A stretch of DNA of 64,000 nucleotides. It comes from Azolla caroliniana. Lineage: Eukaryota > Plantae > Polypodiophyta. Below the pieces are notes generated by a model. The model ran no database searches. It saw nothing but the letters and a program-made list of their open reading frames with translations, and was not told the DNA's origin. A program made the position numbers and the translations under genes. Each line of letters opens with the position of its first letter. The first letter of the stretch is position 1. The stretch is taken from NCBI GenBank assembly GCA_043228905.1, contig JBHGNT010000014.1, positions 18,600,001-18,664,000 on the forward strand, in the 5' to 3' direction. Below are positions 37,401 through 50,130 of this stretch, piece by piece.

Positions 37401-40400
37401 AAGAACAGAAAATTTATAATGGACTTTCCTTATTCGATATAATTTAAACACATTGTATACACTGTACAATACCACATATGAATATGAATATGCATAGAAA
37501 TGAGAAACAGAATCCTCACAATGCATGTTGTAGAAGCACAATCATCAGATACACGATCCAGAAGAGCTGCATGCACAGCCTTTTGGTACTGTTAATCAAA
37601 TAAAAACGGAGTTAATGTGGAGATCCCAAAATCATCTACAAAAAAAACCACAACAAAATCACCTGAGAATACTTTGTCGTATCTTTTTCAAACGTCTCAT
37701 AAGTTTGGGCCTCTAAGTTATCCATAAGGGGCTGGAAATGAAAAATTCATTTTCAGAGTGCCATAAAAACTAATTCTAAGGCAATTCAACTATGAAAGAG
37801 ACAATGAAAAAATAGAAACCTGGAGGGGTGCTTGCAAAAAATCCCGATATCCAAGCTAAAAATACAGCAAAAGCACGGTTAGAAAGATACATTGTTATCT
37901 GTTAAACAATTGTTATATATATCTTACTGTACGTGGAGGACTTTCTACCTAAACTTCAATAAGCTTACCTCAAATCTTTCTTGTTCACTGATAGGTGACA
38001 TTTTGCGATATAGATGTCCAACATACTCCAAGTAGAGCTGTAATGGATGTTTTTGTAAAACTCCCTCTGTACATAAACTTTCTTTTTTAGTCTCCAAGCA
38101 GTCAAGTTGCATATAAAGAACTCAGATAACAAATTCTAAATAGATATGGCAAAGCCAAATTATCCGACAAATGTAAGCCAAGAAGTAGCCTGACACATAT
38201 TCAATCTGAAACTTCTTTCTCTAGTGAAATCCTGGGAACTTTTTCAGAAAGTTTAATACTATTTTAATGCTCGTCTGTTTTTCTTCTAGGGTAAAAGACT
38301 GATCAAATACTTGGTATATGATCCATTCCATCTCGAAATTCAGTTTTACATCTTGGTATTAATATATTACTTTCCACGACAGAAAATCAGGATATGTTTA
38401 AGAATCTCCTCCATCACACCTAACAAGATGGGGGGAAATTTTTCAAGTTGATTCTTTCTTTAATACGTATTATGAACCTTTCATATAGCCAAATTTGACT
38501 GTTGTCTGAACTCCTTAACCCATATATCTTGACTGTTATATGAACTACTTTTAAGATCAAGTTCTCTCTCATACAAATATAGATCAGTAGTTAAAGGTGG
38601 GATTCCTCGAGTCATTAGAGTACAAAGAACATGTTGGGTTCTTGCTTTGAATCCCAAAAAGCTTTACCACTTTAGGGTTCTAAGAGTATTTTTAGACAGG
38701 GGGAAAAAACCTCCTAAAGAGGGAAAAAATGCCCCTGTAGTCCTAAGTGTGTTCACACACATCATTGTCCTAAGTGTGTTCACACATTACTGTCCTAAAT
38801 GTGTTCACACATTACTATCCTAAGTGTGTTCACACATTACTATCCTAAGTGTGTTCACACACATCACTACCAAAATATGTCAACAAATCCCCCTTGGGAG
38901 TGATGCGGTGAACAAGGAGCTGACACTCATGGTTAAACAAGTGCCAAGCTATGTGGATAGAGATGAATCCACAAATGGGATTAGGCCTAAAGCTTTGCGG
39001 AAAGCTTCAAACTTCTCCTTAGGCAGAGCCTTTGTGAAGAGGTCTGCAATGTTCTCCTGCGTGGGCACATAAGCCAAACTGATCTCTCCAACGGAGAACC
39101 TTTCCCTGACATAGTGATAATACACCTCAATGTGCTTAGTGCGAGCATGGAACACAGGGTTCCTCGCAACTGCAATTGCGCTTTGACTGTCAGTGAAGAT
39201 GGTGGTGGCAGAAGACTGACCAACACCCAAATCAGCTAAAAGGCGTCTGAGCCACAACTGTAGCTGTGAAAGCTGCCCTATACTCAGCCTCACAACTAGA
39301 AGTGACCACAGTAGGCTGCTTCTTGCTCAACCAAGATATGCATGAGCTACCAAGCATGAAGCAAAAACCACTTGTGGACACACAAGTGTCATAACAACCA
39401 GCCCAATCAGAGTCAGAAAAAGCATGCAGGTCTGGCGGTAGTGATCCCCCCTTGGGATAAAACAACCCAAGTGACCGGGTACCACTCAAGTAGCGAAAGA
39501 TGCGCTTAACTGCCTGCCAATGCTTAACTCCTGGGCAATGCATAAACCTGCTCATCTGAGAGACAGCAAATTGAATGTCAGGTCGGGTTATGCATAAGTA
39601 AATCAAGCATCCAACTACCTGCTGATAAAGAACAGCATCAAATGCATCTCCAGCATCATGAAGACTCAAACGTAAACCTGTCTCCATGGGAGTGGCAATA
39701 GGTTTACAATCTTCAAGGCCAAAACGCTGTAATAATGTGTCAATGTATTTCGATTGACACAAAGTTATTCTACCATCAACTTGCATGAATTGAATGCCCA
39801 AATAATGATGCAAATGCCCCAAATCTGACATCTCAAAGGAGGCATGCAAATCAGCCTTAAAGTCAGCAATATGCTTCTCATTGGGACCAGTAAGCAACAT
39901 ATCATCGACATACACAACCATGATCAGAAATACATCATCAGCACACTTAACATATAAGGTGCTTTCAGTTGGACTATTCTCAAACCCAAATGCAATCAAA
40001 TAGGCATGTATCTTTTCATACCAAGAACACGGTGCTTGCTTCAAGCCATATAATGCCTTTCGCAACCTGCACACTTTGTGTTCATGCCCTTTTTGCACAA
40101 AACCACGGGGCTTGGATACATACACTTCCTCATGAAGATCACCATTTAAAAATGTTGTTTTAATGTCCAACTGATGTACATTCCAACCACGATGAGCTAC
40201 AATTGCACAGATGCTACGAGCAGTAGACATACGGCAGGTGGGAGCAAAGGTCTCATCAAAATCAATGCCTTTTCCTTGGGTATAACCTTTCGCAACAAGC
40301 CTAGCCTTATACCTGTCAATTGTTCCATCAGGTTTACGCTTTAGCTTATATACCCACTTAGTGCCAATAGCCTTCTTGCCAAGAGGCAAGTCACATAAAG

Positions 40401-43400
40401 ACCATGTACCAGTCTTCATAATAGCCTCATATTCTGATTGCATAGCAGCCATCCAATTTTCTGAATTTTGTGCTTCATCAAAAGAAACAGGCTCACTCTC
40501 ATTGCAAAGACTAGAGGCAGCCATTGCATAACAATCTAAATCAAAAGAAGCACTATGATAACTTGAACGAGTACGGTATGGCAAAGGAAAATCCAAGTTA
40601 CTGTCTTGCAAAGTCTGCAACAGTCATCTAGGCACAGTCTTTGCCTCCTCTATATCAGCCCTCTCATTAATAAGTGCATCATGTAAGTCTGCATCAAAAA
40701 TAGAATGATCTGCATCATTATGAGTAGCTTCCAAAGGCTGAGAAGGTGCCTCAAGTGGGTCAACACTTAATTGTCCACTTGTAAACAGAGGCAACAAAGT
40801 GTCATACACATCTTTGGAGCTAACTGATGTCTCCTTCGTACATGAAAGAAGTGGCTGAATTGCATCCTCCACAAAAACATCACGGCTAACCAAAATGTGT
40901 TTAGATTGTGGATGATACAGACGATAGCCTTTACTTTCAGAACTATATCCGACAAAAATACATTTCATTGCTTTATCATCCAATTTTTTGCGTTGTTTAG
41001 GCACTAATGCATATGCCAAACAACCAAAAACACGCAAATGAGCAACAGATGGCTTTTGGCCATGCCAAGCTTCATATGAAGTGATAGAGTGCAGTGCTTT
41101 AGTGGGACACCTGTTAAGTACATATGCTGCACACATGACAGCCTCAAGCCAGAACTATGTGGTAAGGCCTGACTTTTGACCATACACCTCACCATTTCCA
41201 TGAGTGACATGTTATTTCTTTCAGCAACTCCATTTTGTTGAGGTGTATACGGCACTGTACACCGATGTTTTATCCCATGTTCAGCCCGAAATGCATTAAA
41301 CTCAGAAGACATATACTCCCCCCCTCGATCAAAACAGAGGGTGCCCATTTTACATGATGAAAAATTCTCAGCCAAAGCTAGAAATTGTTTGATGCACAGA
41401 AACACTTCGGACTTTGCCTTCAATGGATATACCCATGCATGCCTAGAAAAGTCATCAATGAAAGTCACAAAATAAAGATAGTTCACTTGTGCAGACCGTT
41501 CTAAATGGTCTTCCTGATTCATATCAATGTTTTGCTTCTACGCTTCGTTTAATGATGAAAGGCAATCCCAATGCCTTATCATTTGAGGAGCTAGTCTCTG
41601 TTTTGTTACAGGAAGATCAGTCTAGGCAAAACAGGTCTATTATGCGTGTTGCAAATCAAGCTTTCCTAGCTAGTCAAAAGGGCAAAGGTAAATGGAACCC
41701 TTCTGCTAGCAAGCAATGATTTGCTAATAATTCACAAGTGAATGAAAAAAAACAAGAGCAGAAACAAAAACTATTTTACAAATATTGTAAAGGAATTGAT
41801 CATTTTATAAAGAACTGTCCAAAATTGGCTGCAAAAGAGGCAAAGAAAAAAGAGGCAGGACTCGTTGTTGCAAAAGTTTCTGCACCAAAAACAGAGTCTG
41901 CAAAGCTTGTGCAGAATGAAGAATGGGCATTTACTACTGTTTGTAGTTTTGACCCATCTTCACCTGAACAATGTATGTCTGTTGTACAATCAGATGTTTG
42001 GTACTTCGACAGTGGGGCAACCAAACATATTACCTCGCAACGCAATTTCTTCACTTCATTGGAGCCCTGCCCCTACAGGGAATACTGTCACATGCGCCAA
42101 CAACTCATCTTATCCAATTATGGGTGTTGGTAAGATCATTTTGACTATTGTTGATGGTAGTCCTTTCATCTTGTCAGATGCTTTGTTTGTGCCAGGGATC
42201 AAGAAAAATCTGTTGTCGGTTTATTGCAAGAGCGAATATGGGGAATAATAGCACGCTTCACAGACAAAGCTATCAAAGCATGTGCCTGAGCATCTCTGCC
42301 ATCCCAACGAAGTTGCTCTGCAATTGGTACAACAAAAACTGTAGCATGGGCATCAGCAGGATGCTCAACATCCTCGACAGAATTAGTACCATCAGCATTT
42401 GTATTCTCAACAACAGGACGTTTTTCAGCCCCTTGAACCACATTCCACAACCCCTTTGCTACTAATACATGGCGCATCATATAAGCCCAAAGAGGGTAAT
42501 TTGTTCCATCCAGTTTATCCTCAACAGCAAGCATTCAAAATACATCGTTGTTCTCAACCATGGCCGTGGACTGAACACGTTTTGATGTAAAAAATGGACT
42601 GCTGACGGGAATAACGTACCTCTTTGACTTAAAAGATGAACAAGTGAAGAGAAAAGGGAAGCAAACCTGATTTCTGAGGGTTATAAGAATGTCTTGGAAG
42701 ACTCAAGGAGGCTTTTTCTAGGATTGAATCGACTTGGAAGCAGAAAAAAAACACAACTAAAACTGCGCAGAGAAAGAAAGCACACAGAAATTTGTTTTTT
42801 CAACAGTAGAAAAACGCCACCACAGATGGCACAGACGGACTGCATATGAGAGCCGTTGTGTTGCTGCTCAAATGTCGTTTTGTAGCTCTGATGCCACTGT
42901 TGGGTTCTTGATTTGAATCCCAAAAAGCTTTACCAGTTTAGGGTTCTAAGAGTATTTTTAAACAGGGGGAAAAAACCTCCTAAAGAGGGGAAAAAATGCC
43001 CCTGTAGTCCTAAGTGTGTTCACACACATCATTATCCTAAGTGTGTTCACACATTACTGTCCTAAATGTGTTCACACACATCACTATCCTAAGTGTGTTC
43101 ACACATCACTATCCTAAGTGTGTTCACACATCACCATCCTAAGTGTGACACATCACTACCAAAATATGTCAACAGAACAACTCCTACAAGGTGCTTTTTA
43201 TTTATGAATATTAGTTATACATATTCATATATAAGTTATCAATCATTGACCGGACATCCTAGGGATACACCTCCATTTACTAAACATACACCCCCTGAAA
43301 GCACTGTTCTCTCTCTCTCTCTTTTCTTGCTCGAGCTCAAGAGACATCGGGAAAAGTTGTTGAAGAATACAGCCACACAAGCTCATCCACAAAGAACAAT

Positions 43401-46400
43401 CACAACTTTCTTTAGCTCCATCACTCCTAATACTAGAAGTCAACCCCAGGATACAGAAATGGGATCCAGACCAAGATATAACAAAGGGTTATGATTGATC
43501 GGGCAATGGCAATTTGCCGTGCACATAGGCCCCGGCCCCATGGACCACGACCTTGACACCCTTGTCATCGACAAATAAAAGCCATTATCTCCCGCCATCG
43601 TAGGTGCTTCCCTCGCTTCAGAGACATTTCCATTCTAGATCGACCTATGATAGAGATCTTTCGGAGACAAAAGCTACAATATACCTAACTTGAGAATCTC
43701 GCATGTGCCAAAAACCAGATTCTCTCGTCTCTTTTCTTTTCATCTTATTTACTTTTATATTTACTGTGTAATATTTACTTTATTTTGATTTGTTCTCAAA
43801 GACGAGAAAACATTTAAGATGTAATCTCTTATTCGGTCTTATAGGCCATTTTGGCCTCTTAAAAGACGTTAATATATCTTTCTTCTTTCTTCTTTCTCTC
43901 TCTGATCTTATCAGTATAAATAGTAGAGTATTGTGCTTGTGTAGGTTCTATCTAACTATGGAAACTACCTTTCTATGCATGCACTTCTTTGATCACCAAC
44001 AAATTGCAATATTTCTTTGATTCGTTTGAGGATCAAAAATCGAAAAAGGTGAAGGGAGAGAAGAAGCTCAAGGGTCAAGAGAGAGTGAGTTCTTCGCATT
44101 TGGATCATAGACAAATCCAAAGTTCATTGTAAGTTAGTCTTGGTGGTGTTTTTTCTTTCATAATGAGTCCCTAATTTTATTACATCATAATTGATAAAGG
44201 CTACCTCCGAATCCATTTCCAACATTTGGCTGAGATGCCTCAACTTCCATTCCTTCTACCTGGTGAAGGGTCTCTCCCATTATGATAATCTATGAAGAAG
44301 CACATTTGTTTAGACCTTCAAAATTGGCAATCATCAAATAAATAACAACTCTTGTAAAGAACAAAAATCCTCTTTACCTGCACAGAATGGTCAAAAAACG
44401 TAGCCAACAAATTTTGGTGGCGCTTGGAGAGGCAGGGGTATCCTTTTTTGTTTGTCAAAAACGCCTGGAACAATGTTGAATGTTACAAAGTCGGTCATAT
44501 TTTCTATACCATGAAATAAGGAACCAATATATAGCTCATTAGCATACACTGGTATGTAATATGGCTGCTTTTACAGGTTCTCCTATCCAGCGTTTGAGTG
44601 ATCCTGGTGAAGGTAATGATGCTCTGCAGAAAATCAAATGCACATACCAAGAATTAGGATGGATAGATGCTATGCGTTGAGCTTTTACCGTTGACCTCAA
44701 GTTTAAGCTAGAACCTCAAGTATGAAACTTCATATATGAGAAAGTTGAATGATCTTATATATAAACCATAAAATGCTGTTTACTTTGGTAACTAAGTTAC
44801 ATTACAAACCAAACAGAATCATTTAAATGGACACATTTTTACACACCTTTATCAGCATTTACTTACGTGATATCAAGAGCTACTGAAAGATGACTGTGAT
44901 GTTCACAAAGCATCCGGAACATATTCCACCACTCCCATGAGTCATTTACTGGTTTTCCTGTAACAACATCTCTTTTCTGTTGCAAACATAAACAAAATCA
45001 CATGTTACAATATGTGCACTAGATTTTTTATTTCATACTCAGTTGCAGAAGCATTAATGGGCTGCACCCTTATCCAATAACATCTCAAGATGGTACCAGA
45101 AAACTGGGAACAGCGTGTAGAGAAAAACTAAGAGAATAATGACTCACTAAAAACATTTCATCCTCCCTTGGAGTTCCCTCAGCTTCCTGTAGTTCTGGAC
45201 TTACAAGTGGTATCCTTAACCATAGCTGTAAAATGAAAGTAACTCCTTCATATTGTGCACAAGAGTGTAAATTTCTGAGGAAAGATTCAAAGAAAGCAAC
45301 TTCACAGGTCTCTGAATGCACCTGCATGTTTGTCAAACCCTGTAAGCTTTGATTCACACAACGTGCATAATTCCCACAACTTAAGAGTGTCGGAGTTGGT
45401 AAAAGGCAAGCCTGTATGAAAGGAAATGAGAAGAAAAATACACAAACATAAAATGTTATAAATGTAAAACAGCCTGCTTTATTTTTGTTTAACAAACAAA
45501 GCTTCATATTAATCATACAAAAAATCATCTGAAATGTCATACGCCCTAATTTCTGAAAGTAGCACATCCTGTTCTCCTGGTTGGCAACTATATCACGATG
45601 GTCATCTAAATTATTACTATTTTTGTTGTTATACGCACTTAATGACAAATCTGTCCAACATATTATGATGGTGTGGGATATTATCATGTACTGATATACA
45701 CATAGCTATAATGGATGTTGGAGAAACTAACTAGACTCCTTGCTTGACATTCAATTTGTACAATAACTTTACATAATCCTGCTGCCGCAAAAGGAAACAC
45801 GAGTGAAACTGTTGTTGTTCCTACCTTTTGAAGACATATTCCTTTGTAGAGATTACGGCGAGAGAAATGGTCCCGTATGAAATCCTCAGAGTACATTCAT
45901 TTTTGTATTTTGTTAGATACCTTAGATTTTAATGGAAACATAATAAAATTATATATTTATAGAATCTGTTCTTCAAGCCATCAAAATCTTATGTACCAAA
46001 CTATATTACATATTTTCTTCCAATACTTGACAGAAACATAGACAGAGAACTACAATTTGTTCTGCAATCTGCCAAAAGTTTATGGACTAGGAGATCACCA
46101 GATTGTTTTCTGAGTCACAATATGTATCTCCAATACTATAAAAATCAGGAAAATAGTGAATCCAAACTATGACTAAAATATACAATTCTTACTCCAAGAA
46201 CATTCAGCACTTGAATCATATTTGTAGACCTAAAGTATTTATTATTCCGATTAAAATATATCAGGTAGCACATTCATAGCCTTCTTCTCCTTCTCCCAAT
46301 TCAGTATCTCCCACCCCAATGACCAATCTCATCATCAGAACTGATAGCTCCCGTTACATTACATACAGGAAGTTTGAAACAACCTTAGCAATAACTGTTG

Positions 46401-49400
46401 AGAAAACCCAACAAGTCCTACATGTAAAGTACACCACCTTATCTAAGTCCAGACACTACCAGCTTATCCACACCCTTCAAAGATCACCCTCCACACAACT
46501 TGGATGAGGGGGAGATACTCACCAAACTAATGGACCATGTAAAAGTAACCGCCTAAAAATTATCCAAAAAAATTGGTAGAATAAATTATTCAGACTCTAC
46601 TCGTGTATGATTAATAACAGTGGTACAAATCTCTCTAAATATTGATCAAATAAAAATACTGTTAATAATCCCATCAAATATACCTGTAATGAAAGATGGG
46701 TTGCCCAGCTCAATTCTTGTTTTAGAGTAATTTCAGCATCAGATCGAAGAATATCATCAGATGAATCCAGGTCAATCCAAGTACTAAGTTTTCCTGCATT
46801 TAATCAAAGTTAAATTACAAATTTGCAAACTATAAAACATAACACTATAAAAACAGAAACCAAGATCAGCTATAATACTGTAATAGTATACCAACAACAT
46901 GACTACTCCACTGGGCTGGAGTTAAAACCAAATCTGAACCAGCAAATGGTGGTATTGTACTCTGTTGGCTTGGTCGGTATTTTGGATCAGTCTGCATAAA
47001 GCAAGGAACAAGGACACACACACACACATATTAAAAAAAATTGGTTTACAAAATGTGAGAAAGGAAAGTGATACAGAGGAAGGGAACAAATCATAAGAAA
47101 CTATCAAACAAAATTCAACATAATTATTGACGGAATATCAGAACAAAATTAGAGAGAGCGCAATCCGATAAGAAACAAAACGTTTTGGATACAGATATGT
47201 TTTTAATCATCCAATATGTTTTAAAAATAATTAAATTTAAATCTGATAACAAATAAGCTAATTTACTCTATAGCGATTTCTATATTATAACAACTAGCAA
47301 GGAGACTGTTATTACAACACAATTTAAGATGAATAACCACAACAAACTCTAAACTTCAAAATTCCAGAGGTTATAGAAAGTTAGAATTGTTGGAGGGTGG
47401 CAGCTCCAGCCCTGCACTCTCTTTCATATTTATTATCTTTGTACTACATTCTCTCTTTTCTCAGATTCTTCTCTCTCTAGAATCTGCAACTCTTTAAATG
47501 CCTTTTCTCTCTTCTACCTTTTCCAAGATATTCCTAGTTTTTTGTACCTGTTTGGTAGTACAAGAGTCACTTAACTACCAAACAGCCATTTCACCCACAT
47601 TCCCCAATTTTGTATAAATAGGCTATACCAGCCTCTTTTGTATAAGTTTTTCATTTTCTTTTTTGCTACTTAAAACAAGCTCTATTCCTTGGCTGTGTCT
47701 CTACTCTTTGCAACCATTTTTTCTGCTGCTGTCTAACAGCCTTCTCACAGCTTGGCTGTGCCTATTTTGTTTTAAGTCTTCCGCTGCTGCTATTAACAGC
47801 TTTTCTCACAAGAATATCCCTTCCAGTTATAATATCTACAGAAGAAACAATGCATAGAATCTTAAGCATCACAATTTGATCTTACGGCAAAATGTGGAAA
47901 AGAGAACGGATTCGATGGACAGGTTATAAAGTTTCAAACATTTCCACATTTGGCTTAATATGTGCTTCAAATTTTACACCATAAATATGCTCTTAAAATT
48001 TAAGCTTTGTTCTACTAAAAGATCGAACTACAATCTGGATATATAAATTGCAGGTTGAATTAATTCCATAAATACAAATTCATTGACAATCACTTAGAAT
48101 ATGTACACTGAAGAACTTCCGTAAATATTTTGGTGACGCAGAAATATTTGAATAGTTCAAATCCAAAATTTTCTAGGAAAGATAAGACCTTCACAATAAG
48201 AAATTTTAAAGGACAAAATTTTTAGTCAGAACAAGGACAAACACATTGCTCTGAGTTTGCACATAAAAATAGCATAAATCCAGCTCCTATTTAGCAACCT
48301 GATATAACTGACATAATTAGGAATGAAAAGTCTTTTTAAGAAACGTATCCTTGCTTTAAAATGACGAAGTTATTTGAGCAACAGTTAGCCTTGAGAATTT
48401 AGATTCCAGAATGATAGATCTTCTTGAGCAAATACACAAACTAAGGTTCCAGAAAGCAGTATAAAGTTAAGAATGATATAGCTTCTTCATGAGACTCACA
48501 AAGATCAGGACCACAATATACATGATAAACATGTAAGCATTGGAACTTGAGAATGATAAAGCTTTTTCGATCAAAAACTTACTAACCATCGACAAATTAG
48601 AACTTAAGATCAATAGCTTCTTCGATCAAATGCTTACTAAACATTAAGAGACTGAAAGCCCCATAAAGATTGAGAAATGGCATAGCTTCTTCAAACAAAT
48701 GATTACAATTCAGGGCCAAAACACCGTTGCTAAACATCCACAGGCTGAAACTTAACAAAATTTCTCAAACCAAATGACAGAGCTTCTTCAAACAATGAGT
48801 ACAATTTAGAGCCACAACATTCTTGCTAAACATCCACAGACTGACACTTAATGAAATTTCTCCAACCAAATGCTGACTAAACATCTGAAAAACTTGGGCT
48901 TAAGAATGATAAAGTTTTTTTCAATCGGATGTTCCGCAATTAGGCTCTAAATGGTTACTGCAAACATACAAAGTCGAACTCAGGAATGCTGATGTTTCTT
49001 CAGAAAACACACAAGTATTATGTCATGAAAAGTTTAGTAACCATCTCAAATGGAGTTTTACGGAAAATCTGGTAAGAAAATGACAAAGTTTTGTCAATAG
49101 ATGTACCTAACTTAAGATAAAAATGCTTTAAACATAAGAAAAAAACTGGCAATTAATGATAGAAAGGCTTCTAATATGCATATACTAAGTTCCAAATATA
49201 CTTTGATAAACATTGTATACACTCAACCTTAAGAAGTGGCAAAGCTTTCCTCAACAAATGTTCATGATCAGGGTCAAATTGATAACTGAACATATACAAG
49301 CTGGTGTTTCAGCAAGCACTATAAAGCTTCAGAAGCATAAACCTTATTCAAAAATTTGAATAGATTAAGGATAAATTATACATGTACTCAAACTTAAAAT

Positions 49401-49811
49401 TTGATCAATCTTCCTTAAAAAAACTTGTATAATTTAGAGTCGACACATTCATCTACGAATTGGAGCATAAGCGGGCTCCAGAAAGAGTCTTACTTAGGAA
49501 GTGCACAAGTTAGGTCAAAATGCTATCTATATACTCATTGAAGGATGATAGAGACTTTTCAGCAAATGTTCACAGTTAAGATCCAAAACAGTGCTTAATC
49601 AACACCTAAAAACAGGTAACAGAAACTGAAACTGTAATCTTTATCTTAAGGGAAAAGAAAGTTTCTTTACACGCACCAGGGGAGCAACAACGAAATCAAA
49701 ACCACCAGAGAGGTTCTTGATGAGAGATGAATGTATATCATCATCGAAAGGGATCTCTACTCCACAGTATCTACAGTCGCTGTTATCTCCTACTCGCTGT
49801 CCTAACGGCAT
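33673..49811 (-). CDS. PRMT5: Protein arginine N-methyltransferase 5 (SKB1/PRMT5), 23 exons, about 658 aa
   Basis: Exons 49811-49677, 46991-46892, 46793-46684, 45411-45322, 45225-45148, 44976-44867, 44623-44548, 44464-44378, 44289-44205, 38066-37969, 37855-37820, 37731-37663, 37588-37520, 36732-36679, 36246-36172, 36023-35931, 35852-35749, 35675-35627, 35532-35446, 35357-35252, 35172-35085, 33917-33824 and 33756-33673 total 1977 nt in frame. Motifs: [112 protein letters not shown]. Confidence 0.97.
34399..34477 (+). repeat. (GA)n microsatellite in PRMT5 intron 21
   Basis: About 39 GA units. Confidence 0.97.
38632..38885 (-). repeat. Copia 3-prime LTR with five approximately 25-bp units
   Basis: Unit TCCTAAGTGTGTTCACACATTACTA repeated five times. 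Confidence 0.95.
38949..41480 (-). pseudogene. Copia pol (integrase-RT-RNase H), frameshifted
   Basis: ORFs 41004-41522, 40624-41136, 39232-40620 and 38949-39293. Confidence 0.93.
41480..42217 (+). pseudogene. Inverted Copia gag-protease segment
   Basis: The plus strand reads VLNGLPDSY, a CCHC-like [13 protein letters not shown], protease [12 protein letters not shown] and [11 protein letters not shown]. The flanking element sequence is minus-sense. Confidence 0.9.
42898..43174 (-). repeat. Copia 5-prime LTR with six approximately 25-bp units
   Basis: Direct repeat of 38632-38885 with one extra unit and a few substitutions. Confidence 0.95.
43250..43902 (+). mobile_element. 5-prime truncated 3-prime end of an RTE-X-like LINE in PRMT5 intron 9
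   Basis: [14 protein letters not shown] aligns with RYILELKQHRENKL (ORF 20864-21211). It ends with GGCCATTTTGGCC..TTAATATATCTTTCTTCTTTC, the family tail. Confidence 0.75.
48330..49600. repeat. Degenerate tandem array in PRMT5 intron 1
   Basis: Recurring AGAATGATA..GCTTCTTC.A.CAAATG and CTAAACAT motifs. The clearest pair is 48682-48779 and 48780-48875. Confidence 0.65.
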
Positions 49812-50034
49812 CGTTCCTCTCTCTCTCTCTCTCTGTGTTTCCCTGTGCTACACAACAGAAAGAGCAGCTATGGAGACGGCGAAGAAGAAGAAGAAGCAGC
49901 GACAAGTTCTCTTTTTATTGTTCGAGTAAAACCCCACATGAATTTTTACAGAGAAAGGGTTTTGTTTTTGTGTGTTTCGTTGTTTTAATGATGAGAACTT
50001 AGAAGAAGAGAAAATAACAATACATTCACACATT

Positions 50035-50088
50035 TGGGTCTTAGAAGACATTAATATTTCTTTCTTTCTTTCTTTCTCTAGTATCTAT

Positions 50089-50127
<39 letters not shown>
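50035..50127 (+). mobile_element. RTE-X-family 3-prime tail remnant plus (CT)n microsatellite upstream of PRMT5
   Basis: GGGTCTTAGAAGACATTAATATTTCTTTCTTTCTTTC resembles 43855-43900 and is followed by about 19 CT units. Confidence 0.65.

Positions 50128-50130
<3 letters not shown>

Larger units (their letters stand above)
38632..43174 (-). mobile_element. Ty1/Copia LTR retrotransposon in PRMT5 intron 9, with internal inversion and deletion
   Basis: LTRs 38632-38885 and 42898-43174 (TGTTG...CAACA), TSD GAACA on both sides, PBS TGGCATCAGAGC (tRNA-Met type) and PPT AGGGGGATT. Motifs: gag ([10 protein letters not shown]), integrase ([22 protein letters not shown]), RT ([23 protein letters not shown]) and RNase H (SDSDWAG, RTKHIEV). 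Confidence 0.97.

Noticed and set aside
38739-38872. CRISPR-like 25-bp palindromic repeats
   Set aside because: The units are contiguous without spacers and lie inside both Copia LTRs.
45085-45687. 200-aa standalone ORF
   Set aside because: It is read-through of PRMT5 exons 4 and 5 plus intron sequence.
47370-47833. Solo LTR in PRMT5 intron 1 (TATAAATAGG, CT-rich)
   Set aside because: No clean TG..CA ends or TSD could be identified.
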